Of a stretch of 58,851 nucleotides of DNA, positions 9,447 to 19,085 are shown one piece after another (the first letter of the stretch is position 1; each line of letters begins with the position of its first letter). This stretch comes from Paracoccaceae bacterium (GTDB lineage Bacteria > Pseudomonadota > Alphaproteobacteria > Rhodobacterales > Rhodobacteraceae). The notes beneath the pieces are model-generated. The model had not been told where the DNA came from and ran no database searches. It saw only the letters and a program-made list of their open reading frames with translations. The stretch covers positions 1 to 58,851 of the forward strand of contig WTAL01000163.1 of NCBI GenBank assembly GCA_013139635.1, read 5' to 3'. Position numbers and translations under genes: made by a program.

Positions 9447-10697
9447 TTGAGCGAGGGCGGGATATCTACCGTTGATCAGTTAAGCGATATGGTGCGAAAT
9501 GCTGGCGGGGTTGACCTGCACAAATTTCGCTTGCTTTTCAGGTGGATGGCCACCAACGCCCCCGATAGGGAGCCGGTAAAAATCGCAATCGCAATGCTGG
9601 GCCTTTTTAAAGGCACAGATGACCGTGCGCTGTTTTTGACTTTTGGCTGCCATGGCGAATTTTCGCTTTATGCTGTGGTTGCTCTGCAAAACACGCTTGA
9701 GAATGCTGACAAGGATTTATGGCATATCGCGCAAAAGCTTGAAAGCTGGGGGCGGATTAATGCGATTAAGCGGCTGGCTGATACCACGGATACCGACATT
9801 AAGCGCTGGCTTGTGCGCGAAGGCTATAAAAACAATATTATGTATGAATATACCGCTTATGTTGCCGCAGTTACCGGAGAGCTTGCCAATGAACTGGCGA
9901 GCGATACCCCCGAGCCAGCGGTGCTGGATGGCGCGGCTGAAATCCTGTCGGCCCTGTGTTCAGGAGGCCCCGGTGAGAGCATTTCAGCCTATGCGGATGC
10001 CCCCATCGCCGTGGCTCGGTTTTTAGCGCATGTGCAAAACGGGCAGGTGAATGTTATTCGCTTAGAAGCGGTCTGCAGCTTGCGCCGGTACTTCAAGCGC
10101 GCCAAAAACCAAGCCCCTTGGCGCGATGCCGAATGGCAAGCGGCCCTCCGCCAATCAGAGGCCATTTTGGAGCACAAGCCCAATGTTGAATTGATAAGTC
10201 AAGCCCTTTGGCATGGTGAAAGAAACGAATTTTGGACAGCGCGGGGGGTCGCCAATGCGCTTGGCATAGACACATGGGACGCGAGCCTAAAGCAGCATAT
10301 GTCTGGTGATGAGCAGTGGGGTGCGTTGATGCAATCCAAAGATCCGGCGCGGATAGACCGCGTAATTGCCTTGGCTGAAAAAACGCTCCCTTTGGAGGCC
10401 ATCGCCAGCGGGCCAGCCCTGCTCAATGGGTTGGGTTTGGCATTTATAGATCACTCAGCTATAGATTATATCGTGCAGGATCTGAAACTATTTCCGGGCA
10501 AGGGATGGCGCCTTGTGCTGACGGCTCTCAAAAGCCCCGTTATCAGGAACCGAAATATGGCGGTGAACGTGCTTGAAGCATGGGGCAAGGAAAATTGCTC
10601 TGCCGAGGCGCGCCATGAGATTGAGCAAGCCCTGCTGCATGAGCCGCATGAAAAGCTCAAGCTTCGGCTGGCGGAATTACGGGAAGATTTTGCATAG
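9447..10697 (+). CDS. hypothetical protein, helical-repeat (HEAT-like) appearance
   Basis: 416-aa ORF with a TTG start in the track. All-helical composition. The C-terminus (NRNMAVNVLEAWG...EIEQALLHEP) looks HEAT-like. The start is uncertain (see findings). Confidence 0.6.
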   Translation: MSEGGISTVDQLSDMVRNAGGVDLHKFRLLFRWMATNAPDREPVKIAIAMLGLFKGTDDRALFLTFGCHGEFSLYAVVALQNTLENADKDLWHIAQKLESWGRINAIKRLADTTDTDIKRWLVREGYKNNIMYEYTAYVAAVTGELANELASDTPEPAVLDGAAEILSALCSGGPGESISAYADAPIAVARFLAHVQNGQVNVIRLEAVCSLRRYFKRAKNQAPWRDAEWQAALRQSEAILEHKPNVELISQALWHGERNEFWTARGVANALGIDTWDASLKQHMSGDEQWGALMQSKDPARIDRVIALAEKTLPLEAIASGPALLNGLGLAFIDHSAIDYIVQDLKLFPGKGWRLVLTALKSPVIRNRNMAVNVLEAWGKENCSAEARHEIEQALLHEPHEKLKLRLAELREDFA

Positions 10698-10817
10698 GAT
10701 CACCGCCAAATTGCCGCAACCCCCGCTTTTTTGCGTTGGTTTCCCATTGGAAACTTTGCAAAGTGCTTATATTCGGTTACAGCTAATCCTGACAAATAGA
10801 GTTTTGTGGAGTGTGAA

Positions 10818-12377
10818 ATGAAAATAGGTGCGCCAAAAGAGATTTTTGCAGGGGAAGCACGGGTGGCGATGACGCCGCAATCCGCGCTCGCATTGCAAAA
10901 GCTCGGCTATGAATGTGTGGTGGAATCCGGGGCAGGGGCCTTGGCTAACTTCTCGGATGCCGATTATAAAGAGGCCGGTGTAACGGTTGTAAAAACTGGG
11001 GCTGCTTTGTGGAAGGCCGTTGATATTGTTATCAAAGTGCGCGCGCCTGAAGCCGTTGAGGTTAAGCGCTTCACCAAAGGGCAGGCGCTTATTTCCTTCA
11101 TTTGGCCCGCGCAATCGACCGAGCTGCTGGAAAGACTGAAAGAAAAAGGCGTAACCACGCTCGCCATAGATATGGTGCCGCGTATCTCGCGGGCGCAAAA
11201 GATGGATGCGCTTTCCTCCATGGCAAATATCGGCGGGTATCGCGCTGTTATTGAAGCCGCCAACAATTTTGGCCGCTTCTTTACGGGGCAAATTACCGCC
11301 GCTGGCAAAGTGCCCCCCGCCAAGGTGCTGGTGATCGGCGCGGGCGTGGCGGGACTTGCCGCCATTGGTGCGGCGCAAAGCATGGGTGCGATTGTGCGCG
11401 CCTTTGATGTGCGCCCCGAAGTGGCTGAGCAGATTGAGAGCATGGGCGCTGAGTTCCTGTTCCTTGATTTCACCGAAGATGGCTCGGGCGATGGTGGTTA
11501 CGCCGCTGTGTCTTCCCCTGAGTTCCGCGAAAAGCAGCTAGAGCTGTTTCGGGCGCAGGCGGCTGAGGTTGATATCGTAATCACCACCGCGCTTATCCCG
11601 GGCCGCGATGCGCCCAAGCTTTGGCTTGAAGACATGGTGCTCGCCATGAAGCCCGGCTCGGTGATTGTGGACCTTGCCGCTGAAAAGGGTGGCAACTGTG
11701 ACCTGACGGTGATGGACGAGAAGATCATCAGCAAAAACGGCGTTACCATTATTGGCTACACCGATTTCCCGTCGCGAATGTCTACACAGGCGTCTACGCT
11801 TTATTCCAACAACATCCGCCACATGATGGACGATCTGACCCCTGAAAAAGACGGCGTGGCTGTCTTTAACATGGAAGATGACGTGATCCGTGGTTCGATG
11901 GTTACAAATGCGGGCGAAATCACCTTCCCGCCGCCGCCGCTTAAAGTGGCCGCGCAGGCTAAGCCGCCAGTGAAAACGGTTGAGAAAACACCGGCAGAGC
12001 TGAAGGCGATTGAAGCGCAGAAAATGCGCGCCGCAGGCACCAAGCAAACCCAACTACTGATTGCTGGTGGTGTATTTATGGCGGTGCTCGGCATGTATGC
12101 CCCCGCCAGCTTTATGCAGCACTTCATCGTGTTTGTGCTGGCGGTGTTTATTGGTTTCCAAGTTATTTGGAACGTAAGCCACGCGCTGCACACGCCGCTT
12201 ATGGCGATCACCAACGCAATTTCGGGGATCATCATCATCGGGGCGCTGCTTCAGGTCTCGGGGGGCGGCTGGTTTGTGTCGATCCTCGCGGGTATTTCAA
12301 TTTTGATCGCCACGATTAATATCGTCGGTGGATTTATGGTAACACGGCGCATGCTCGCCATGTTCCAGAAAAGCTAA
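10818..12377 (+). CDS. pntA: NAD(P) transhydrogenase subunit alpha (fused dI + dII-alpha)
   Basis: [20 protein letters not shown] opening, Rossmann motif [17 protein letters not shown] and C-terminal TM helices. It sits directly upstream of pntB. Confidence 0.93.
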   Translation: MKIGAPKEIFAGEARVAMTPQSALALQKLGYECVVESGAGALANFSDADYKEAGVTVVKTGAALWKAVDIVIKVRAPEAVEVKRFTKGQALISFIWPAQSTELLERLKEKGVTTLAIDMVPRISRAQKMDALSSMANIGGYRAVIEAANNFGRFFTGQITAAGKVPPAKVLVIGAGVAGLAAIGAAQSMGAIVRAFDVRPEVAEQIESMGAEFLFLDFTEDGSGDGGYAAVSSPEFREKQLELFRAQAAEVDIVITTALIPGRDAPKLWLEDMVLAMKPGSVIVDLAAEKGGNCDLTVMDEKIISKNGVTIIGYTDFPSRMSTQASTLYSNNIRHMMDDLTPEKDGVAVFNMEDDVIRGSMVTNAGEITFPPPPLKVAAQAKPPVKTVEKTPAELKAIEAQKMRAAGTKQTQLLIAGGVFMAVLGMYAPASFMQHFIVFVLAVFIGFQVIWNVSHALHTPLMAITNAISGIIIIGALLQVSGGGWFVSILAGISILIATINIVGGFMVTRRMLAMFQKS

Positions 12378-12392
12378 GGGAGGGCTGATGAT

Positions 12393-13868
12393 ATGAGTTT
12401 CGGTCTCGTTCAAGCGGCATATGTAGCCGCGTCTGTGTTGTTCATTCTGGCCCTTGGCGGATTGTCTAATCAGGAAAAAGCCAAACGCGCGGTGTGGTAT
12501 GGCATTATCGGCATGGGCATTGCCTTTGCGGCCACGGTGCTTGGCCCGCAGGTGCAGTCCTATTGGCTGCTGGTGACTATGGTCGTGATCGGCTCGGTGG
12601 GCGGCTATATTGTTGCTACGCGGGTTGAGATGACAGGCATGCCAGAGCTGGTAGCCGCGCTGCACTCCTTTGTGGGTTTGGCGGCGGTGTTTATCGGTAT
12701 TAACTCCGAGCTTAGCCCCTCGGCTGAAATGCAGTCCATGATGATGGCTGTTGAAATGCTGGAGAGCAATGCGGGGGCGGCTGGTGCGGTCGCGTCTATT
12801 CTTGGCGCTGATATGATGGCCCAAATGGGCGATTTTGGCGCGCTGATCGGCATTCACCATGTTGAGGTGTTCCTCGGGGTGTTTATCGGTGCGATCACAT
12901 TTACGGGCTCCATCGTGGCGTTCCTCAAGCTTTCCGGCAAAATAGACGGCAAAGCGCTTATTCTGCCCATGCGGCATACGTGGAACATCATCGGTATCGT
13001 TGCCACCCTCATTTTGCTGATCATCTATATGAACGGCGGCGGCATGTGGGCGCTTATCCCGATGCTGCTTATTGCCTTCGCCATCGGCGCGCACCTAGTG
13101 CTGGCCATCGGCGGGGCCGATATGCCCGTTGTTGTGTCTATGCTCAACAGTTATTCCGGCTGGGCCGCAGCGGCTACGGGCTTCTTGCTCGGCAATGATC
13201 TTCTTATTGTGGTCGGCGCGCTGGTTGGCTCCTCGGGTGCAATTCTAAGCTACATCATGTGCCAAGCCATGAACCGGCAATTCCTCGCGGTTATATTGGG
13301 CGGCTTTGGCGGCCCAACTGGCCCCGCGATGGAGATTGAGGGCGAGCAAATCGCCATTGATGCCGACGGTGTGGCAGCGTCTTTGGACGAAGCCGACAGC
13401 GTGATCATCGTGCCGGGCTATGGCATGGCCGTGGCGCAAGCGCAGCAGAGCGTGTCTGAACTCACCCGCCGCCTGCGGGCCGCGGGTAAAGATGTGCGCT
13501 TTGGCATTCACCCTGTGGCGGGCCGCTTGCCGGGCCACATGAATGTGCTGCTGGCCGAGGCCAAAGTGCCATACGATTACGTGTTGGAAATGGACGAGAT
13601 CAACGACGATTTCCCCGAAACCGATGTGGTGATTGTGATCGGCTCAAATGACATCGTAAACCCCGCCGCGCAGGAAGACCCAAACAGCCCCATCGCCGGT
13701 ATGCCGGTGCTGGAGGTTTGGAAAGCGAAACAAGTGTTTGTGAGCAAACGCGGGCAAGGCACGGGGTATTCCGGCATCGAGAACCCGCTATTCTTCAAGG
13801 AAAACACGCGGATGTTTTATGGCGATGCCAAGGTGAGTGTGGATGCGCTGTTGCAGAGGATAAGTTAA
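12393..13868 (+). CDS. pntB: NAD(P) transhydrogenase subunit beta
   Basis: Multi-TM N-terminal half. The C-terminal dIII domain has [31 protein letters not shown] and [12 protein letters not shown]. Confidence 0.95.
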   Translation: MSFGLVQAAYVAASVLFILALGGLSNQEKAKRAVWYGIIGMGIAFAATVLGPQVQSYWLLVTMVVIGSVGGYIVATRVEMTGMPELVAALHSFVGLAAVFIGINSELSPSAEMQSMMMAVEMLESNAGAAGAVASILGADMMAQMGDFGALIGIHHVEVFLGVFIGAITFTGSIVAFLKLSGKIDGKALILPMRHTWNIIGIVATLILLIIYMNGGGMWALIPMLLIAFAIGAHLVLAIGGADMPVVVSMLNSYSGWAAAATGFLLGNDLLIVVGALVGSSGAILSYIMCQAMNRQFLAVILGGFGGPTGPAMEIEGEQIAIDADGVAASLDEADSVIIVPGYGMAVAQAQQSVSELTRRLRAAGKDVRFGIHPVAGRLPGHMNVLLAEAKVPYDYVLEMDEINDDFPETDVVIVIGSNDIVNPAAQEDPNSPIAGMPVLEVWKAKQVFVSKRGQGTGYSGIENPLFFKENTRMFYGDAKVSVDALLQRIS

Positions 13869-13874
13869 AGGAAA

Positions 13875-13900
13875 GGCCCGCAGTTGCGGGCCTTTTTATT
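13875..13900 (+). terminator. rho-independent terminator after pntB
   Basis: GGCCCGC-agtt-GCGGGCC stem-loop (13875-13892) followed by TTTTTATT. Confidence 0.75.
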
Positions 13901-13918
13901 GTTGCGTCTCTGGTTGCA

Positions 13919-14941
13919 CTAAAGTTGTAGGAGTTGATCAAAGGATAGCATTTTCTTCAGTTCAGAGTCTTTGATAACCTTTGCGTTCCTTCCGATGCGA
14001 CTGGATAAACTGGACAAACTTACACAATTATTTTTTGCGATAAATGATGAAAAAGCGCAGTTTGCAAGGATTCGATTGATGGTCGCATCATCTCTGATTG
14101 CCGTTTTCCGTGCCCTGCCAACGACAATTGTATCGCTTGATATTGGGAAAAGCACTTGTTCGAGATGATCATCTTTTTGCGAAATTGGAGAAGCTCCGCG
14201 TTTCATTAAAAATGCCAGAGTTGTGTCGGGTAAAATAAATTGAGCGTTGTTAGTTCGATGAATAAAATAGTCCCTTTCGAGGTGCATATTAGTTCTGTCT
14301 ATTGCAGCGAAGGATGACTCAAGCGATTTTATATGTGCGTTCCTTGCCGTATTTGCAATTTCTTCGAGTAAAGGGTTGAAAAGTGTTCCTACGAGCTTTG
14401 AGACTTCTTTAGCCCCTTGTTTAGTGGCGTTCGGCATTAGCTGTGCGGCATAAGCTTTCGCAATTTGGCGATGCTCGCCTTGAATCCCATTGTCATCCAA
14501 TACTTCATCGATTAATTCTGGATGATTATTTAAGTATGATGAAAAAAGCTTAATTGCATGCTTCTCCGATGCGACGTAATCCCGAAGCGTTTTTAGTAGC
14601 CGTTCGCCTAGGTTGGAAATCTGATCTCTGAGGAACATGCTCCTCATCTCAAGATGCGCAATTATTGGCGCTAAAATTGCGGGGTCAAGTTCTTCCCCGT
14701 TTTCAGCTTTGCGAGCATCTTGAATAAAGCTCTGAGTGGCATTCTCAAAATTAGTTATATTAGTGTCAGCGCTTGAGCCTTCTGGGCCATAGAAAAATTT
14801 TATTGCACCATATTTTCTTGTTACAGTTTTCTTAGGAGGATTTCCTTTCTCGTAAACCCAAATATGGTGATCTCCATGCGATTTCTCCCCAAATCCTCTT
14901 TGTAAGAGCTGCCAAATATGATGATGATTTTTTCCAGCCAT
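13919..14941 (-). CDS. DUF4238-like hypothetical protein on an AT-rich insertion
   Basis: 340 aa from ATG 14941 (the track's TTG start is at 14971). The opening MAGKNHHHIWQLLQRGF...IWVYEK...AIKFFY resembles the HHxxPxFYLxxF...vydk...dFY pattern of DUF4238 as I remember it. GC is far below the flanks. Confidence 0.6.
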   Translation of the reverse strand: MAGKNHHHIWQLLQRGFGEKSHGDHHIWVYEKGNPPKKTVTRKYGAIKFFYGPEGSSADTNITNFENATQSFIQDARKAENGEELDPAILAPIIAHLEMRSMFLRDQISNLGERLLKTLRDYVASEKHAIKLFSSYLNNHPELIDEVLDDNGIQGEHRQIAKAYAAQLMPNATKQGAKEVSKLVGTLFNPLLEEIANTARNAHIKSLESSFAAIDRTNMHLERDYFIHRTNNAQFILPDTTLAFLMKRGASPISQKDDHLEQVLFPISSDTIVVGRARKTAIRDDATINRILANCAFSSFIAKNNCVSLSSLSSRIGRNAKVIKDSELKKMLSFDQLLQL

Positions 14942-15014
14942 AAGAATCAGTTTCCTTGCCAAATTTATCAAGACATTCTCTCACATCTTTATGTTGAATG
15001 ATATGGCAGACCCT

Positions 15015-15698
15015 TCACCCCAACCACCCCTCAATCTCCCCAATATCCGCCAGCACCACATCGGCCACGGCCTCCAGTTCCGCCCGTGAGGTCGTGCCCG
15101 TCAGCACCCCCACCGTCACCATCCCCGCATCCCGCCCTGCGGTCATGTCGTGCAGGCTGTCGCCGATCATGGCAACCTCGGCGGGGGCCAGCCCTTGGGC
15201 TTTGCAAAAGGCGTGCTGCATGCCGGTGGCGGGCTTGCCGCCGAAGCCGCTATCATAGCCCGCGATGAAATCAAAATGGTTGATCACGCCTGCGGCCTCT
15301 AGCTGGGTGCGGGCCGGATGTTCGTTATCATTTGTGGCCACGCCCAGCACCAGCCCGCGCGCTTTAAAACCGGAAAGCAGGGGGGAAAGCGGCACCGTAG
15401 GCACTTGTGGCACCTTGGCGGTTTCCTCAATCGCATAGGCCTCCAGCGCGCTGCGTTTCCAGGTGGGCAGGTGCGGCAGCACGGCGTCCATGATCTCCTC
15501 TAGCGTGTCATGCACAAACACGCTTCCGGGGCGAAAAACCTGTTTCGAAGGGTCAAACCCGAGGGCATTTGCGAGCAGCACTTTGTGGGTTTCGTCGGTG
15601 GAAACCTCAGCCAGAAACCCCGTCAGCCACGGCCCCCACGAGCGGTGAAAATCAAACAGGCAGCCGTCTTTATCAAACAGCAATCCGCGCAGCTTCAT
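15015..15698 (-). CDS. HAD-superfamily hydrolase (phosphatase-like)
   Basis: MKLRGLLFDKDGCLFDF (HAD motif I DxDG), GVATNDN and MIGDSLHDMTAGRDAG (motif IV). The ATG at 15698 makes an ATGA overlap with the upstream gene. Confidence 0.8.
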   Translation of the reverse strand: MKLRGLLFDKDGCLFDFHRSWGPWLTGFLAEVSTDETHKVLLANALGFDPSKQVFRPGSVFVHDTLEEIMDAVLPHLPTWKRSALEAYAIEETAKVPQVPTVPLSPLLSGFKARGLVLGVATNDNEHPARTQLEAAGVINHFDFIAGYDSGFGGKPATGMQHAFCKAQGLAPAEVAMIGDSLHDMTAGRDAGMVTVGVLTGTTSRAELEAVADVVLADIGEIEGWLG

Positions 15699-15970
15699 GT
15701 CCAGTTCGGCAGGCCGCCCCCTAGCTCTACGCGGGCGCGCTGCACGCTTTCTGGGGTGGCGCTGGCGGCGTTGCAAAACCCCAGAATCGTTTTGTCATCG
15801 CGCATGATAAAATCGAGCACAAACCCTAGGAATTCCGGCTCTACGGCGCGCGCACGCAGGTCTCCGGGGGCGGCGCCGGTTACATTCAGGAATTGGCTCA
15901 AATTATCTTCGTCTGAGGCCAGCCAGCTAAGTGCCTGAATTGCCAGTGTTTCAGCTTGATCGTGTCGCAT
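15695..15970 (-). CDS. DUF3572-like small protein
   Basis: 91 aa. AETLAIQALSWLASDEDNLSQFLNVTGAAPGDLR matches my memory of DUF3572. It is coupled to the HAD gene. Confidence 0.7.
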   Translation of the reverse strand: MRHDQAETLAIQALSWLASDEDNLSQFLNVTGAAPGDLRARAVEPEFLGFVLDFIMRDDKTILGFCNAASATPESVQRARVELGGGLPNWT

Positions 15971-16070
15971 AGGTTACACTCCAGCGGGGAATTCCCTGAG
16001 TTATGAAGGTTTCGTTAAGGTTTTGGCGTGACAATCTGAGGATATTATTGGGTTTTTGCACGAGGATTAT

Positions 16071-17453
16071 ATGCCAGGTCGTATTTTAGTTGTAGATGAT
16101 GTAGCCACAAACCGGCTGATTTTGAAAGCGAAATTGGCGGCGGCCTATTATGACGTGCTGGAAGCCGATTGTGGGCAGGCGGCCTTTGATGTGGCAAAGG
16201 CTGAGCAGCCGGACGTAATATTGCTGGATATCATGATGCCAGACATGGATGGCTACCAAGTTTGCGAGATGCTTAAAGCCTGCTCTGAAACCTCACATAT
16301 CCCTGTGGTTATGGTCACGGCCAGCAGCGCCCCCAAGGAGCGGATTCGCGGCCTGGCTGTAGGGGCAGATGATTTTTTGATCAAGCCGATTAACGATATG
16401 GCACTGTTTGCGCGGGTGCGAAACTTGCTTCGCGTTAAAATGATGTTTGACGAACTCAAACTACGGGATTCGACCTCGCGGGAGCTTGGGCTATCTGATT
16501 TTCTGGAAACCGGAGACGAGGATGATCAGCATGTGGACGCCGTGATGCTGGCCCCGGCGGCAATTGCGCAAGGTGATGCTTGGAAAGCCGCAATATCTGA
16601 AATGAAAAACGTGGAGGTTATCGGCACTTGCTCTGAGCGGGAGGCGCTAAATATGGCGCGCTTTGAGCAGCCCGACGCTATTATCGTTCATCAACGATTG
16701 ATGGAAGATGGCGATAGTTTACGGCTGATATCAGCGCTGCGGGCGCGGCCAGAAACGCGGCAGGCCGTGATGATTTACGTGGTGTCGGATGGCGCTATTG
16801 AAACCGCTGCCAAGGCGCTGGACCTTGGTACGAGTGACTATGTGCTGGAACCGTTTGAGGCCGAAGAGCTAACCATTCGGCTGCGCACGCAGCTACGCCG
16901 AAAGCGTTATTCAGATAAGCTGCGATCAAATGTGCGAGATGGCCTGAAAATGGCAGTGATTGACCCGCTCACCGGGCTTTACAACCGCCGCTATGCCACC
17001 CAACATATGCAAAAGATCGTTGAGCGCGCAAAGGACTCTGGCAGTAGTTTTGCGGTGATGATGATGGATCTTGATAAATTCAAACTGATAAATGACACCC
17101 ATGGCCATGACGCTGGAGACATGGTGTTGAAAGAGTTTTCACGCCGCATTCAGGAAAATGTGCGCGGGGTCGATCTAGTGGCGCGCATGGGTGGAGAAGA
17201 GTTTCTTGTGGTTATGCCGGACGCGAGTGATATGGTGGCCAAGCATGTATCAGAGCGGTTAAGGCGGGCGGTTGAAAGCAAGCCATTTATTACGGCGTCG
17301 GGCGTGGAAATAAGGATTACGGTGAGCATCGGCGTTGCGATTGGCCAGCCAAGTGATGAAAGCCCTGACCTATTGATCAAGCAGGCTGATACCGCACTAT
17401 ATGCGGCAAAGAGCAATGGCCGTAATCTGGTCTCGTTTCACGAAGCCGCTTAA
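16071..17453 (+). CDS. pleD: PleD-type response regulator diguanylate cyclase (REC-REC-GGDEF)
   Basis: ILVVDDVATNRLILKAKL...LLDIMMPDMDGY (REC), a second degenerate REC, and a GGDEF domain with RMGGEEFLVVMPD. ATG 16071 is preferred over TTG 16056. Confidence 0.88.
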   Translation: MPGRILVVDDVATNRLILKAKLAAAYYDVLEADCGQAAFDVAKAEQPDVILLDIMMPDMDGYQVCEMLKACSETSHIPVVMVTASSAPKERIRGLAVGADDFLIKPINDMALFARVRNLLRVKMMFDELKLRDSTSRELGLSDFLETGDEDDQHVDAVMLAPAAIAQGDAWKAAISEMKNVEVIGTCSEREALNMARFEQPDAIIVHQRLMEDGDSLRLISALRARPETRQAVMIYVVSDGAIETAAKALDLGTSDYVLEPFEAEELTIRLRTQLRRKRYSDKLRSNVRDGLKMAVIDPLTGLYNRRYATQHMQKIVERAKDSGSSFAVMMMDLDKFKLINDTHGHDAGDMVLKEFSRRIQENVRGVDLVARMGGEEFLVVMPDASDMVAKHVSERLRRAVESKPFITASGVEIRITVSIGVAIGQPSDESPDLLIKQADTALYAAKSNGRNLVSFHEAA

Positions 17454-17546
17454 AACCCTAGCGAGATATTTTTGCCGAACGCTTGCCCAATCAGGGCAGG
17501 CGGGCTATGTGTATAAACACATGGCAAATGCAAAGAGATTGTCTAT

Positions 17547-19085
17547 ATGACCACCAAATCACGGCCACCCAAGCCTGTTGTGCTCTGCATTCTTGATGGC
17601 TGGGGCCTGTCAAACGAGACCGAGTTTAATGCGGTTGCGCAAGCGCATACCCCCGCCTTTGATCGGCTGATGCAAGATTCCCCTAGCGCAACGCTTATCG
17701 CTTGCGGTGAAGATGTGGGCTTGCCCGATGGCCAAATGGGCAACTCTGAGGTGGGCCACACCAATATCGGCGCAGGCCGCGTGGTTTGGATGGACCTTCC
17801 GAAAATCAACAACGCCATAGAAGATGGCAGCTTTGATGAAAACCCAGCCTTACAACGCTTTATTGCCACGCTAAAAGCCAATGGCGGCACGGCGCATTTG
17901 GCGGGGTTGGCCTCACCGGGTGGGGTGCATGCACACCAAAATCACATCGCCAAAGCCGCGCAAGTGATTGCGGCGGCGGGGGTGCCGGTGCAGCTGCACG
18001 CCTATTTGGATGGCCGTGATGTGCCGCCAAAATCGGCGCTTGGGCAGATTGAAAAACTGGAAGCGGCCCTGCCGGGCGGGGCAAAGATTGCCACGATTAT
18101 AGGCCGTTTTTTCGCGATGGATCGCGACAACCGCTGGGAGCGGGTGCAAGAGGCCTATGAACTGATGGCAAATGCCAAAGGTGCGCGAGCGAATAACGCG
18201 CGTGCAGCGATTCAAGCGGGTTATGATGCTGGCGAAACAGACGAATTTATTAGCCCTGTCGTGATTGGGGATTATGCGGGCATGCAAGACGGTGACGGGC
18301 TGTTGTTCCTCAATTTTCGCGCCGATCGTGCGCGTGAGATACTGCGTGCCTTGGCCGAGCCGGGGTTTGATGCCTTTGAAACCGGCCCCCGCCCCGCGTT
18401 TTCTATCATCACCGGCATTGCTGAATATTCGACCCTGCATAATGAATATATGGAGGTTATGTATCCCTCCGAGCCCATTGCCAACACGCTTGGACATTGG
18501 GTTTCGACCCATGGCCTGAGCCAGTTTCGCCTTGCTGAAACTGAGAAATACCCACATGTGACGTTTTTCCTGAACGGCGGGGAGGAGGCTCCCGAGGCCG
18601 GTGAGGACCGCTATGTAGCCCCCAGCCCGAAGGTAAAAACCTATGATATGCAGCCGGAAATGTCGGCTGCCGAGGTAACAGAGCATTTTGTTGAGGCCAT
18701 TACCTCTCAGGCCCATGACCTGATTGTGGTGAATTACGCCAACCCTGATATGGTGGGCCATACCGGAGATCTGGCCGCCGCCGTTAAGGCTTGCGAGGCC
18801 GTGGATGCAGGGGTTTCGCAGGTGTTGGACGCGCTGGAAAGCGTAGGCGGCACAATGATTCTCACAGCTGACCACGGCAATTGTGAGGTAATGGTGGACC
18901 CGATTACAGGCGAGCCACATACCGCCCATACGCTCAATCCGGTGCCCGTTGTGCTGTTTAATGGCCCTAAGGGCGTGGGGCTGCGCGCGGGCGGGCGGCT
19001 GGCTGACCTTGCGCCGAGCCTGCTGGCGCTCATGCAGCTCGAAAAACCTGAGGAAATGACCGGCGTGTCATTGTTAACACATTGA
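17547..19085 (+). CDS. gpmI: 2,3-bisphosphoglycerate-independent phosphoglycerate mutase
   Basis: 512 aa. VLCILDGWG, NSEVGHTNIGAGR, YLDGRDVPP, NYANPDMVGHTG and TADHGN motifs. Confidence 0.95.
   Translation: MTTKSRPPKPVVLCILDGWGLSNETEFNAVAQAHTPAFDRLMQDSPSATLIACGEDVGLPDGQMGNSEVGHTNIGAGRVVWMDLPKINNAIEDGSFDENPALQRFIATLKANGGTAHLAGLASPGGVHAHQNHIAKAAQVIAAAGVPVQLHAYLDGRDVPPKSALGQIEKLEAALPGGAKIATIIGRFFAMDRDNRWERVQEAYELMANAKGARANNARAAIQAGYDAGETDEFISPVVIGDYAGMQDGDGLLFLNFRADRAREILRALAEPGFDAFETGPRPAFSIITGIAEYSTLHNEYMEVMYPSEPIANTLGHWVSTHGLSQFRLAETEKYPHVTFFLNGGEEAPEAGEDRYVAPSPKVKTYDMQPEMSAAEVTEHFVEAITSQAHDLIVVNYANPDMVGHTGDLAAAVKACEAVDAGVSQVLDALESVGGTMILTADHGNCEVMVDPITGEPHTAHTLNPVPVVLFNGPKGVGLRAGGRLADLAPSLLALMQLEKPEEMTGVSLLTH

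Noticed and set aside
8982-10800. Genomic island integrated at tRNA-Gly
   Set aside because: I found no copy of the tRNA 3' end (gagttcgaatctcatcgcccgctcca) downstream, no integrase, and only a modest compositional difference. The split ORF is reported separately.
10767-13094. Minus-strand ORFs (203, 169, 171, 145 and 265 aa) across pntA and pntB
   Set aside because: They are shadow frames opposite the two transhydrogenase genes.
17913-18929. 338-aa minus-strand ORF inside gpmI
   Set aside because: It is a shadow frame. gpmI is unambiguous.
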